The position numbers were made by a program, and so were the translations under genes. A model generated the notes under the pieces. That model saw nothing but the letters and a program-made list of their open reading frames with translations, was not told the DNA's origin and ran no database searches. From positions 448,001 to 512,000 of the forward strand of contig OZ242186.1 of assembly GCA_965205675.1 (NCBI GenBank): DNA of 64,000 bases. The letters are read 5' to 3'. Shown piece by piece: positions 1 through 10,729 of the stretch; position 1 is the first letter of the stretch; each line of letters starts with the position of its first letter. The stretch is from Nitrosopumilus sp. Lineage in GTDB: Archaea > Thermoproteota > Nitrososphaeria > Nitrososphaerales > Nitrosopumilaceae.

Positions 1-352
<352 letters not shown>

Positions 353-370
353 CTGTTTCTAATTTCTTTC

Positions 371-736
371 TTATTTTATTATTTTAAAAGAAGCAAACAT
401 TGCAGGGACATTAGAGAAATGCAAAGCAAAGTACTCAATTGCATCTAAATTCATTGTGACAGTTACAAATTCAGAATCATCAGATACATAATTACTAATT
501 ATGATTACAACATATTTTTTGTAATCTAAATTTTCAAGAAAGATAATTCCATCCATTTTAAGTATTTTCAAATCTAAAAGTATCATATCAAGCGTAGTTT
601 CAAGTTATTTAAGGCCAAGTCTTGCATCAAAATAAGATCCAACAACTTTACAATTATGATAAAAACTTGTTGTATTCTCAAGAAACAATCTCATAGATTG
701 AGAATCATTAATGATCATGATTTTCATTTTAATCAT
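371..736 (-). pseudogene. Response-regulator receiver (CheB/CheY-like) pseudogene
   Basis: MIKMKIMIINDSQSMRLFLE...VVGSYFDARLGLK*LETTLDMILLDLKILKMDG: one in-frame TAA, eroded acidic pocket and PxMDG motif. Confidence 0.65.
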
Positions 737-975
737 ATCTTAAATTCAGTATAATTGAATGTGTAGTCATGTGTGTTTGATTTGAACTCATGCTAGGGTA
801 TTAAGAAAATATGATTATCAGTATTATAATAAAAGCGTGTAGAGATCCTGAAAAATATCAGATCCCATAATTTTATTTGGATCTGATGTTTTTCTCTATT
901 GATTTTAAACCGGATATATGATCAGAAAAACTAGATAATATGATAGGAATGAAAATTATAACTTCCTGAAAAGAA

Positions 976-1434
976 TTAATCTTTCTCTGGTGTTTCTTTA
1001 GCTGGTTCTTCTTTAGCTGGTTCTTCTTTCTCTGGTGTTTCTTTAGCTGGTTCTTCTTTCTCTGGTGTTTCTTTAGCTGGTTCTTCTTTCTCTGGTGTTT
1101 CTTTAGCTGGTTCTTCCACTGTGTCAGAAACAGGTTCTGATTCTTTTTCAGGAATTACAGTAGTAGGTTCTATATCTTCATCATATCTAGAAACAAGAAC
1201 ATATCCTTTATCGGTTTTACTCATTCTAACTCTAACTTTCCTCGGAGGATTTCTAACACCCTTTGCCCAAACTTCATGAGCTAACTCTTCTTCTATTTTG
1301 ATTGTTTCAACTTTCATGTGATGTTGAGCAAATTCTCTAATCATGTTAATTGCTCTAACAGCTCTATGTTGAGGTTGTGAAAGTTTTACTTTACCAAGAT
1401 TAATTGTGTAAACTCGTTCTAATTCCTGAGACAT
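976..1434 (-). CDS. rpl31e: 50S ribosomal protein L31e with acidic repeat tail
   Basis: ERVYTINL...RAVRAINMIREF...VWAKGVRNPPRKVRV; adjacent to rpl39e. Confidence 0.95.
   Translation of the reverse strand: MSQELERVYTINLGKVKLSQPQHRAVRAINMIREFAQHHMKVETIKIEEELAHEVWAKGVRNPPRKVRVRMSKTDKGYVLVSRYDEDIEPTTVIPEKESEPVSDTVEEPAKETPEKEEPAKETPEKEEPAKETPEKEEPAKEEPAKETPEKD
981..1116 (-). repeat. 30-bp coding tandem repeat (EEPAKETPEK)n in rpl31e
   Basis: Exact copies of ttctttagctggttcttctttctctggtgt, about 4 units plus a half unit. Confidence 0.95.
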
Positions 1435-1593
1435 CTATCCGACCTCCACATCAGTTGATCTCCAAGCTCTACGTTTTGGATTGGTTCTAACACTTCTTTT
1501 AGTTTTGAGAATTATCCATGCGGGTACCGGCGAAGCCTGCCTGGTCTTTTTGAGTAGACGAATTTTCCTTGGAGATGACTTACGTGCAGCCAT
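1435..1593 (-). CDS. rpl39e: 50S ribosomal protein L39e (not in ORF track)
   Basis: Manual translation MAARKSSPRKIRLLKKTRQASPVPAWIILKTKRSVRTNPKRRAWRSTDVEVG*; abuts rpl31e start. Confidence 0.95.
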   Translation of the reverse strand: MAARKSSPRKIRLLKKTRQASPVPAWIILKTKRSVRTNPKRRAWRSTDVEVG

Positions 1594-1630
1594 AGATCAT
1601 GAGGCACGGAAAGCTCTTTTTAAATGAATC

Positions 1631-2179
1631 TCAGGATTTAATGCAATCTTGAATCTGTTTTAGTATTCTAGCAGAAGCTCCCCAAACAATTTGATTTTGA
1701 TATTCAAACGTATACATTTCTTGGATAATATTATGAGTAGGATCTGGATCGAGAGATGCAGTTTTCAGAAAGGATTCTAAAGGAATCTGAAGAATTTTTT
1801 CCACTTCAAAATTTGCTGAAAGTGTAGGGATTTTTTCGATAATTGAGATGAATGGTAAAATTAGAAAACCAGAATTCAATGTAACTACAGGTTCTAGTTG
1901 ACCAATAACTTGTTCTTTAGAAATTGAAAGTCCCACCTCTTCACGAGTTTCACGTAATGCAGTATCCAAAAGATTAGAATCATTAGAATCTAATTTTCCA
2001 CCAGGAAAGGAAATTTCTCCAGCATGGAATTTCATATGTTTTGGTTTTTCAGTCATCAAAACAACTGGATCATCACCATAAATCACTACAAGAATTGATG
2101 CCAATCTATATTCTTCAGGATTTGGAATTAGAGGATTAATAGCGCTAGAAAGGTTAGATTTTAAATTATCTAAAAGCAT
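1631..2179 (-). CDS. Nudix hydrolase, CoA pyrophosphatase subfamily
   Basis: HAGEISFPGG and ALRETREEVGL Nudix box; IVWGASA. Confidence 0.9.
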   Translation of the reverse strand: MLLDNLKSNLSSAINPLIPNPEEYRLASILVVIYGDDPVVLMTEKPKHMKFHAGEISFPGGKLDSNDSNLLDTALRETREEVGLSISKEQVIGQLEPVVTLNSGFLILPFISIIEKIPTLSANFEVEKILQIPLESFLKTASLDPDPTHNIIQEMYTFEYQNQIVWGASARILKQIQDCIKS

Positions 2180-2253
2180 TGTAGTTCTTTCCTACTATTC
2201 CATATGGGTTTTGGTATTCAAAGGTTTTAATCGAGAAGAGAAGAAATTAAAAT

Positions 2254-2988
2254 ATGACAATTAGATACGAGGCAAATCCTCCAAAAATTTTACCCAATAC
2301 AGATACAAATGAATCAATTCAAAAATTTGTAGAAAAGATAAAGATTATTTCAGAAAAATGTGATGCAATTCATCTAACTGAAAATGTTCTAGGATTTCAA
2401 AGAGTCTCACCCATCAAAGCAGGAAAAATAATCAAAAAAGAAATTCCAGATATTCCAATAACGGTAAGTCTAAGAGTTAGAGACAAAACTGAAAATGAAA
2501 TTTCAGAGTTTGTAAAAGATTGTATTTCAATAGGCTTTTCAGGGATTTTGATACTAATGGGAGACTCATCACAAACAGGATGGAAAGATTCAGGACAAAT
2601 TCCTAGCTTGACGGTAAAACGATTAAGAGAACAAGGAGTAGATTCAAAAATTGATTTGTATCTATCTATATCAAACAAGCCTAATTTTGCCAAAATGAAC
2701 AAAAAGATAGATGCAAATCCCAAGGGGTTCATTACCCAGGTGATTCAAAACATAGAGCAGGTCAAAGATTTGTCAGATAATCTCAAAGGATTTACAATAA
2801 TACCTATTCTTTTATATCCATCATCCAAAAATGAAAAATCTGCAAAATTTTTGAATTTAAATTTGGCAAAATATACTCAAGAGTTTGAAACATTATTACA
2901 AAAAACACAAGAAATTACTGGAGACGTTTTACTTACATCCCCAAATGATTTCACGGGTGTGGATGAGTTTTTAAAAAAATCTACTTAG
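2254..2988 (+). CDS. Methylenetetrahydrofolate reductase-like protein
   Basis: YEANPPK, ILILMGD, FITQ motifs; convergent with metH genes. Confidence 0.75.
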   Translation: MTIRYEANPPKILPNTDTNESIQKFVEKIKIISEKCDAIHLTENVLGFQRVSPIKAGKIIKKEIPDIPITVSLRVRDKTENEISEFVKDCISIGFSGILILMGDSSQTGWKDSGQIPSLTVKRLREQGVDSKIDLYLSISNKPNFAKMNKKIDANPKGFITQVIQNIEQVKDLSDNLKGFTIIPILLYPSSKNEKSAKFLNLNLAKYTQEFETLLQKTQEITGDVLLTSPNDFTGVDEFLKKST

Positions 2989-5483
2989 AGCGTAAAATAT
3001 TTTGCATCTGGATGATGAACTACAATTGCTGCAGTGGATTGTTCAGGAATAATCTGGCCCGATTCAGTCAAGGTCATGCCAGATTTTTCAGGATGTAACA
3101 ATTTCCAAACTAGATGATGTTGAGCGACATCAGGACAACTAGGAAAGCCCCAACTATACCTTAAACCTCCTTTTTCTAAATTAAGTTCAGATTTGATTCT
3201 GCGATTTACCCATTCAGCTAGAGCATCTGCAACTTCAACTGCCAACCCATGAAGATAATATGCATCTGTATACCTGTCTTCCTTATTCCATTGTTCAATG
3301 ATATCTGCCACTTTATTTCCTACAGTTACAGATTGAAATGCAACAACATCATCATCACCAAAATAATCAGTCAAACACAGATGATCTGGTTTTGTAGAGC
3401 GTGGGAATTCTAATTCCACATCATCACCGTTAAGATTCTCAACGAGTAATTTTCTATCCTTATTATGACATTTAAAATAACCATACACAATTTCAGGCTC
3501 AAATAGTTTTTCTCTAATAATTCGAATTTTCCACTCAGATAGTAATTGTTCATGTTCAGATTCGGATTCAAATCCTGCCTTTCCTCTCAAACCCCAAGAC
3601 AGTTTGAAAAGGGATTTTTTATCAATCATAGTCCAAACTTCGGCCATATTGATTTGAACTTGTTTTAATCTAATTGACTCCCCAATTTTTTCAGGTGTTG
3701 GAGCTTGTATTGGTTTAACATCACTTCTTGGAAGAGTATCAGGATCAATAGTTACAGTAGACTTTTCTTTCCAATTTTCTAGTTTTGCTTTCCAATCAGA
3801 TAAAAGTTGAGGTTTTTGATCAGAAATCAGAATATCCATTGTTTTAAGACCTTCAAACATAGTATTGCAATAAAATACACCAGAGTCATAAATTCCATCT
3901 TCTTTTGCTATTCGATTAATGTAATTGCTGTTAATTGCAGCACCACCGCAAAGAATTGGAATAGCCATATTGTTTTTTCTTGCATGCTCTACAAAGAATT
4001 TCATTTGTTTTGATGTAGATACTAACAATGCAGATAGTCCTATTGCGTCAGGTTTTGTTTCATCAATTTTTTCAAGAAATTTCTGTAATGGTACTTGTTT
4101 TCCTAAATCATGTACAGTATATCCATTGTTTTGAAAAATTGTCTTTACAAGATTCTTTCCAATATCATGTACATCACCATAAACAGTACCTAAAACAAGA
4201 ACGCCTTTACTGGTTCCCTCTTCTTTGATTAAATATTTTTCTAATTCGCCAACTGCAGCTTTCATACATTCAGCAGATTTTAAAACAAAAGGCAAAATCA
4301 GTTCACCTGCACCAAATTTATCACCAACTTCTTTCATAGCGGGAAGTAGATCTTCATTGAGAGTTCTAATAGCACTGTCATGAGTAACTTCTTTTGGAGC
4401 ATCAATAGAGAGAGTTCCTTCTGTATCTTTGATAATGTTATTTTTATCAAGTTTCTCTACAATTGCAGATACTACATCATTTCCAATTCCATCTTTGAGT
4501 CTATTTACAATTCTAAAATTAGCGCGTTTTCCTGCAAGCCAGAGAGGGTTAACATCTACCTTCTTTGACGCAGTATTACTCTGAAGTCCAGCATCCTCAA
4601 AATAAGCAATCAAATCAGACAAAGCATCTGAATGAGTATTAAAAATTAGATCTTCTGCAAGTTTTTTCTCTTTCTCATCAACTTCACCGTATGGAATAAT
4701 CTCTTTAGCGTTAACAATTGCAGTATCAAGACCAGTTTTGACTGCATGATATAGAAACACTGAATTTAAAATTTTTCGAGCATAAGGTGCTAACCCAAAA
4801 CTAATGTTACTCAGACCTAAAGTAGTGTACGAATTTGGAAATTTTTCTTTAACAAGCCTAATTCCGTCCAACGTATTTTTTCCTGCATCAAGAAACTCAT
4901 CTTCACCTGTTGCTAAAGTAAATGTAAGAACATCAAAAATAAATTGTTCAATTTTTAATCCATATTTTTTTCCTGTTTCATATAATAATTCAGCAGTATC
5001 AACTTTTTGCTGGGCAGTTTTTGCCATACCCGCAGGGCCAATACACAATGCAATTGCAGGTAAACCATATTTTACCATCAAAGGAGCAAGTTTTTCAAAT
5101 CGACTACCATCACCTTCAAGATTTATGGAATTAATTATAGGTTTACCAGGAATTTGTGTGACAGAGGCTTCAATAACTTCAGGATCTGTAGAATCAATTA
5201 CCAATGGTGCATCAATTTCCAAGCTTAGTCGTTTAACTAAATTTAACATGAATGCTTTTTCATCAGCACGTTCAGTTGTAGCAACACAAATATCAAGACA
5301 ATGTGCACCATTTTCTACTTGGATTCTTCCTAAATCAACTAAACCATCATAATCATCATCAAGTACGAGTTTTTTAGCTTTACGAGAACCCTGGGTGTTG
5401 ATTCTCTCTCCAATAATTAGAGGGGCAGGAATTTGTTTTAGATCAACTGCTTTCAGTGCGGAACTCACTCTAGGAACTGTCAA
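2985..5483 (-). CDS. metH: Cobalamin-dependent methionine synthase, pterin-binding/B12-binding/activation part
   Basis: IIGERIN, GDVHDIGKNLV B12 motif, RYSWGFPSCPD activation domain. Confidence 0.95.
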   Translation of the reverse strand: MTVPRVSSALKAVDLKQIPAPLIIGERINTQGSRKAKKLVLDDDYDGLVDLGRIQVENGAHCLDICVATTERADEKAFMLNLVKRLSLEIDAPLVIDSTDPEVIEASVTQIPGKPIINSINLEGDGSRFEKLAPLMVKYGLPAIALCIGPAGMAKTAQQKVDTAELLYETGKKYGLKIEQFIFDVLTFTLATGEDEFLDAGKNTLDGIRLVKEKFPNSYTTLGLSNISFGLAPYARKILNSVFLYHAVKTGLDTAIVNAKEIIPYGEVDEKEKKLAEDLIFNTHSDALSDLIAYFEDAGLQSNTASKKVDVNPLWLAGKRANFRIVNRLKDGIGNDVVSAIVEKLDKNNIIKDTEGTLSIDAPKEVTHDSAIRTLNEDLLPAMKEVGDKFGAGELILPFVLKSAECMKAAVGELEKYLIKEEGTSKGVLVLGTVYGDVHDIGKNLVKTIFQNNGYTVHDLGKQVPLQKFLEKIDETKPDAIGLSALLVSTSKQMKFFVEHARKNNMAIPILCGGAAINSNYINRIAKEDGIYDSGVFYCNTMFEGLKTMDILISDQKPQLLSDWKAKLENWKEKSTVTIDPDTLPRSDVKPIQAPTPEKIGESIRLKQVQINMAEVWTMIDKKSLFKLSWGLRGKAGFESESEHEQLLSEWKIRIIREKLFEPEIVYGYFKCHNKDRKLLVENLNGDDVELEFPRSTKPDHLCLTDYFGDDDVVAFQSVTVGNKVADIIEQWNKEDRYTDAYYLHGLAVEVADALAEWVNRRIKSELNLEKGGLRYSWGFPSCPDVAQHHLVWKLLHPEKSGMTLTESGQIIPEQSTAAIVVHHPDAKYFTL

Positions 5484-5515
5484 TGTTGTAAAATCACATC
5501 TGTTTTTCTAAATAC

Positions 5516-6478
5516 TTAACCCTCGACAGAGTTGGCCTTTTCGTCAATTACTTTCCTCAAGACTCGAATATGTTCAGGGTTTGTTCCACAACAACCACCA
5601 ATTATTCGGACTTTTTTGTAGTTATTAAGAAAATCGCCTAGGGCAGTTCCCATTTTATCCGGAGTCATTTTGTAAACTGCTTGTCCACCATCATTTTCAG
5701 GCATGCCCGCATTTGGGATTACCAGTACACTATGTTCATTTTGTTCATCAAGCCACTGTACACTGGGAGTCATCTCAATCGGACCAGTAGAACAGTTCAA
5801 CCCAAATACATCAATTCCCATATCAGAAACAGTTGTGTATGCAGCTTGAATGTTTGTCCCAAGCAACATCTTTCCATATTGATCCAAAGTAGTATTTGCG
5901 ATTATTGGAATTTTTTTCCCAGTTTTGGCTGTAATATTATGACATGCTTCAATTACTAATTTTACTTCAAGGATATCCTGACTAGTTTCAATAAGCAATG
6001 CGTCAACTCCTCCTAAAATCAATCCTTTAGATTGTAGCTCAAATGCATTCCTAATTTCATCAAGAGATTTTTGTCCTAAATCAGGATCATTTGAACTTGG
6101 AAGATATCCAGTTGGTCCCATAGAACCAATCACATAACGAGGTTTGTCAGCATACTCAGCACATACATCAGATGCAAGAGTGGCGATTTTTTTATTAAAA
6201 TCAATAGTTTGATCACCAAAACCGTATTCATCAAGTTTAATTTTATTTGATCCAAAAGAATTAGTTTCAATACAATCAGAACCGGCATCTAAATAATTTC
6301 TATGGATTTGTTTAATCCATTCAGGATGTGTCAATACTAGACCATCATTAAATCCATCTTGATTGTTTGGAAAATCTTCAGGTTTGGGGTCATGTCTTTG
6401 AATCTCAGTTCCCATAGCACCATCAAAAAGTAAAATTCTATTTTTCATTGCGTCGAGAAATGGTTCTTTTTTTGTCAA
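5516..6478 (-). CDS. Homocysteine S-methyltransferase domain (N-terminal part of split MetH)
   Basis: DGAMGT, GLNCSTGP, IIGGCCGT Zn ligands. Confidence 0.95.
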   Translation of the reverse strand: MTKKEPFLDAMKNRILLFDGAMGTEIQRHDPKPEDFPNNQDGFNDGLVLTHPEWIKQIHRNYLDAGSDCIETNSFGSNKIKLDEYGFGDQTIDFNKKIATLASDVCAEYADKPRYVIGSMGPTGYLPSSNDPDLGQKSLDEIRNAFELQSKGLILGGVDALLIETSQDILEVKLVIEACHNITAKTGKKIPIIANTTLDQYGKMLLGTNIQAAYTTVSDMGIDVFGLNCSTGPIEMTPSVQWLDEQNEHSVLVIPNAGMPENDGGQAVYKMTPDKMGTALGDFLNNYKKVRIIGGCCGTNPEHIRVLRKVIDEKANSVEG

Positions 6479-6590
6479 CTTGATTTCAGAATATTCTTGG
6501 ACAGTTTAACTCTTTTCAGAAAAAACCACAAGAAAGGGTGATTTTGATACGTATATTGAAATTAGGCAAAAATTAATTTTGTATACATTT

Positions 6591-7691
6591 ATGCAAAAGT
6601 TACATGTTAATAATCTAGTTCGTAGTGCGACATTTTTTCAACATGCAGGAATTTCAATAGTCTTTGTTTTCATGCCTATAATTGCAAGAGATGTAACAGA
6701 ATCAATTTTTGAGATTGGTCTTTTAGTAGCCTCATTTAGTTTTGCTCAAATTTTATCTGAAATCTATTTTGGGAGACATTCAGACAAAAAAGGAACCAGA
6801 CTCAAATTCATCAGAATTGGTTTCATAGGATGTGCCATTGCATTTGGATTACATTATTTTGCAGATGATCTTAGCATGTTTTTCCTAGTAAGGATTGTAG
6901 CAGGAGTTGCGAGTGGAATCATGATTCCAGCCATGATTGCTTACACATATGAAGCAAATATTGACAAAAAGATGGCAGCCACAGTAATCTCATTTCATGC
7001 ATTAGGATGGTTAGCAGGAATAGTAGCTGCAGGACTTGCAAATGATTTAAAATTGATTTTTTTGATTAGTGCAACATCATTTGTGATAGGATTAATCTTT
7101 ACAATAAAACTACCAAATCCAGGACAGAAAAAAGAAGTAGAGCCAGGAACAACAACAAAAATTATTTCAAAAAATAAATTTCTCTTTTTGTCATTATTAC
7201 TAAGACATATTGGAGCAGCAGCAGTGTGGACTATTCTTCCAATAATGATTGTTGAAAGATGGGGAGGAGATCTTTATCACATTTCAATCGTATATGTTGC
7301 AAACACGCTAACTGCATTTATTTTGATGAATGTGATGGCAAGCAGAATTCACTTATCTAATGTAACTAAATTCAAAATTGGAATAGGGTGTACAACATTT
7401 GTGTTTGTAGGATTATCTTTAGTTACAGAGTGGTGGATGGCAATGCCATTTATGTCACTTGTTGGAGCTACATGGGCATTTTTGTTCATAGGTGGAAATT
7501 TTCATCTGATGGAAAATAATCCAAAATCTACATCAACGGGAATATTTAGCTCAACATTATCTATTGCTACTGTAATCGGACCTGTAATTGCAGGAAGTAT
7601 TGCGTTTGCATTTAATTATGTTACAGTAATGTATTTTGCAATTGCAATTATCATATGTGCATTTATAGTATCATTAAAAATTAGGAAATAG
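6591..7691 (+). CDS. MFS transporter
   Basis: Many hydrophobic helices, GRHSDKKG MFS motif; ATG at 6591 preferred. Confidence 0.85.
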   Translation: MQKLHVNNLVRSATFFQHAGISIVFVFMPIIARDVTESIFEIGLLVASFSFAQILSEIYFGRHSDKKGTRLKFIRIGFIGCAIAFGLHYFADDLSMFFLVRIVAGVASGIMIPAMIAYTYEANIDKKMAATVISFHALGWLAGIVAAGLANDLKLIFLISATSFVIGLIFTIKLPNPGQKKEVEPGTTTKIISKNKFLFLSLLLRHIGAAAVWTILPIMIVERWGGDLYHISIVYVANTLTAFILMNVMASRIHLSNVTKFKIGIGCTTFVFVGLSLVTEWWMAMPFMSLVGATWAFLFIGGNFHLMENNPKSTSTGIFSSTLSIATVIGPVIAGSIAFAFNYVTVMYFAIAIIICAFIVSLKIRK

Positions 7692-7714
7692 AAACAGAAA
7701 GTTTGAAGTTATAC

Positions 7715-8007
7715 TTAATCGTCATCTTTGTAGTTATCTGGATTAGAGGATTGAAATGTTTTTTTCAAAGCTTTGAGATATTTGATGATTTCATCATCGG
7801 ATAACTCAGATTTGAATTTTTCATTTTTAATAGACCTCTTGCGTAATTATAGAGATTTTTTCTCAAATTTTGTATTTTAACAGAATTCATACCTGAAAAT
7901 TCAAATTTCTCAACCAATTTGAAAAATCCTGCAGCAAAATTCACGCCTAGAAATAATTACGCAAGACGTCTAATATCTTTTTGAGTATACTCAATAACAA
8001 AAATTCG
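7715..8007 (-). pseudogene. Small gene remnant interrupted by the MITE
   Basis: Removing the MITE plus one AAT gives continuous RIFVIEYTQKDIKNEKFKSELSDDEIIKYLKALKKTFQSSNPDNYKDDD*. Confidence 0.4.
7832..7971. mobile_element. 140-bp MITE, copy 1
   Basis: TIRs AGACCTCTTGCGTAATTAT / ATAATTACGCAAGACGTCT; flanked by AAT duplication; near-identical copy at 56986. Confidence 0.9.
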
Positions 8008-8179
8008 TCACCCTATTTTGAACTCGATTTACGTACATTGTAGATTCAAGTTTAAATTTCAGGAATTAGTATAATTTGGAAGATTTTGGGTCATGAATAT
8101 TTGTTAGACAGTATATGATGATCGTATAGATTCATATGGTATCATGATAGAAACCATGAAAATATATTGCAATAAAAAA

Positions 8180-8947
8180 TTATCTTAATCCCCAACGAGA
8201 CATCACTTTATTTTCTAGTCTTTTGAAAATTATTCCATCAACTATCAATCCAATCATCATAATTACCACCATAATTCCGATTACTTGAGAAACATCAGTA
8301 AGAGAGCGACCTGCATTGAGTAGGAATCCCAATCCTAGGAATGAAAACAAAATTTCTGCACCAATTACACCTCTCCAAGCAAATGCCCAGCCTTGCTTAA
8401 AACCAGAAATCATGTAAGGGAAAGCTGCAGGGATTAAAACAGATGTAATTAATTGACTACCTTTAGCACCCATGTTTCGAGCAGCTTCAATAAAATGTGG
8501 ATCGATATTTTTGACACCAGTGTAAGTATTGATAGTAACTGCAAAAATCGCACCAATTGCAGTAACGAAAATAATTCCTCCATTAGTTAAACCAAACCAA
8601 AGTATAGCCAATGGAACCCAAGCAATTGATGGAATTGACTGCAACCCCAAAACCAAAGAACCAACAGTTTGGTTGATGACTTCTATTCTTGCCATAAAAA
8701 TCCCAAGTGTAATTCCTCCGCCAATAGCAATACCTAATCCAATAGATAATCTCCACATACTAGTTGCAATGCCATAAAACAAACTACCATCAGTTGCACC
8801 ATATGCTAAATCTTGAGCTACTTCATATGGAGATGGAAAAATATTATTAGGCCAGATTCCAGAAATTGCAATAACTTGCCAAACGACAACAATACCTACA
8901 TAGAATCCAATTCGATGAAGAGTGTAGTTCTTTCTCATAATTATCAC
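8180..8947 (-). CDS. ABC transporter permease (nitrate/sulfonate/taurine family)
   Basis: EAARNMGA EAA motif, IPSIAWVPLAILWFG. Confidence 0.92.
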   Translation of the reverse strand: MIIMRKNYTLHRIGFYVGIVVVWQVIAISGIWPNNIFPSPYEVAQDLAYGATDGSLFYGIATSMWRLSIGLGIAIGGGITLGIFMARIEVINQTVGSLVLGLQSIPSIAWVPLAILWFGLTNGGIIFVTAIGAIFAVTINTYTGVKNIDPHFIEAARNMGAKGSQLITSVLIPAAFPYMISGFKQGWAFAWRGVIGAEILFSFLGLGFLLNAGRSLTDVSQVIGIMVVIMMIGLIVDGIIFKRLENKVMSRWGLR

Positions 8948-9708
8948 TCTTTAGCTTTCTTTACCTCGGGTCGAAGCTCAGTTAAGATATCTTGTTGCAA
9001 TTTCAATAAAGATTCATCGTCAGAAATTCTAGGTCTTGGAAAATCATTGTCAACTTCTTTTTTAATTACTGATGGACGATTACTAAAAATTGCAACCTTG
9101 GTTCCAAGAACTGTAGATTCTGGAACACTATGAGTTACAAACAAAATAGTTTTTTTTGTTTTCTCCCAAATTAATTGCATCTCAACTAATAACAAATCAC
9201 GAGTTTGTGCATCAAGTGCGGCAAAGGGTTCATCCATAAGTAATACATCAGGATCCATTACAAGAGCTCTGGCAATAGCTACACGCTGTTTCATCCCAGT
9301 TGAAAGTTGATAAGTATAAGAATCTGCAAATTTGGTAAGTTGCATCATATTTAGATATCTATGAGAGATTTTTACTCGTTCTTCTTTTGGGATGCCTGCC
9401 ATCTTTAATCCAAATTCTACATTATCTTGAACTTTGAGCCAAGGAAATAATGCACCTTCTTGAAATACCATAATTCTCTCAGGGCCAGTTTCAGTTACAT
9501 TATGACCATCAAAAAGAATTTGACCATCATCAGGCTTCTCCAAGCCTGCAACTATGCGTAAGAAGGTAGATTTTCCACATCCAGAAGGACCAACTAAGCA
9601 TACAAAATCACCAGCCTCAACTTTTAGATTTATCCCTCCAAGTGCTTTGAGTTTGTGAGAATCATGATTGAAATATTTTACAATATTTTTTGCCTCAAGT
9701 TTGATCAT
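8944..9708 (-). CDS. ABC transporter ATP-binding protein (SsuB/TauB-like)
   Basis: GPSGCGKST, LSTGMKQR, LLMDEPF; likely start MIKLEAK at 9708. Confidence 0.93.
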   Translation of the reverse strand: MIKLEAKNIVKYFNHDSHKLKALGGINLKVEAGDFVCLVGPSGCGKSTFLRIVAGLEKPDDGQILFDGHNVTETGPERIMVFQEGALFPWLKVQDNVEFGLKMAGIPKEERVKISHRYLNMMQLTKFADSYTYQLSTGMKQRVAIARALVMDPDVLLMDEPFAALDAQTRDLLLVEMQLIWEKTKKTILFVTHSVPESTVLGTKVAIFSNRPSVIKKEVDNDFPRPRISDDESLLKLQQDILTELRPEVKKAKE

Positions 9709-10729
9709 GTGGTGTATCTCCTTTAACAGAATTTGTATCATAGTAAAAAATACCAAACAAATCATATCCATTTCGTCCCAGATATCCCAAAAGATCTGCT
9801 TTTTCAGCAAAGGAATGAACAGAATCAGGTATCGGATCTGCCGTGATTACAAGATTAGATAAAGCAATGTCAACTACATCATCAGAAAGAGATTGTCCCA
9901 GATGTGAATCTAAAAAATTATTAAAAATAATTTTAGTTTCTCTAGGATTCTCATTAATCCAAGCAGATGTCTTGTGATGAGAATCTAACAAATTAGAAAT
10001 TAGCAGAGGGTTTTTTTCTACATAATCAATATTTGCAATTAAAAGAACTGATGCAAATTCATGGTTAGGCCATAAATCTTCTTCATGGAATAATCGTTTT
10101 CCATTTAATTCAATTTCTAAAATAGTAGCCCAAGGTTCTGCAATCCAAGCTCCATCAATATCGCCTTTAACAAATAATGTGTAGATATCAGGATTTGAAA
10201 TATTATAAATTATTACAGAACCACCTTTTTCAGCAGATTGTAGATTATTTTCAGATAAATAATGTCGCAAAGATACATCTTGGGTATTGCCAATTTGAGG
10301 AACAGCAATTTTTTTTCCACTAAAATCTGAAACAGAATTTATTTCAGAATCAGGATGAACAATAAAACTGGCACCTCCACTTGCAGCACCTGCAAGAATC
10401 TTTACATTATGATTTTCTGAGTTTAAAAACCCATTAATTGCAGGGCCAGGTCCAACATATGCTAAATCAATTGAATTGGCAAAAAGAGATTCTATTGCTT
10501 GCGGACCACTATCAAAAACTCTAGTCTCAATGTTTACTTCATCTCCAACATTATTTTGAAAAAATCCTTTCTCCACACCAACTATTGGAATAGCATGTCC
10601 GATATTTGAAAAGTATGCGATTCGGAGTTTAGGAGCATTATCCATGTCATTGGAATTAAATATAATCCCTAACGCAGATAGTAAAATAACCCCTACAATA
10701 CTTGCAGTAATCACCGAACTAGTTTTCAT
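9695..10729 (-). CDS. ABC substrate-binding protein (SsuA-like)
   Basis: N-terminal anchor, AYVGPGPAIN, PQIGNTQDV; first gene of the ABC operon. Confidence 0.88.
   Translation of the reverse strand: MKTSSVITASIVGVILLSALGIIFNSNDMDNAPKLRIAYFSNIGHAIPIVGVEKGFFQNNVGDEVNIETRVFDSGPQAIESLFANSIDLAYVGPGPAINGFLNSENHNVKILAGAASGGASFIVHPDSEINSVSDFSGKKIAVPQIGNTQDVSLRHYLSENNLQSAEKGGSVIIYNISNPDIYTLFVKGDIDGAWIAEPWATILEIELNGKRLFHEEDLWPNHEFASVLLIANIDYVEKNPLLISNLLDSHHKTSAWINENPRETKIIFNNFLDSHLGQSLSDDVVDIALSNLVITADPIPDSVHSFAEKADLLGYLGRNGYDLFGIFYYDTNSVKGDTPHDQT

Noticed and set aside
4804-5352. Long antisense ORFs (also 60640-61284, 14552-14944 and others)
   Set aside because: Opposite-strand shadows of well-supported genes
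2985-6478. Split metH as a pseudogene
   Set aside because: Both parts are intact and break at a domain boundary; a split MetH is known in this group
9709-9810. Extended N-terminus of the ABC ATPase (similarly ahcY 43922, lysX 18006)
   Set aside because: Longest-ORF artefacts overlapping upstream genes or non-coding DNA
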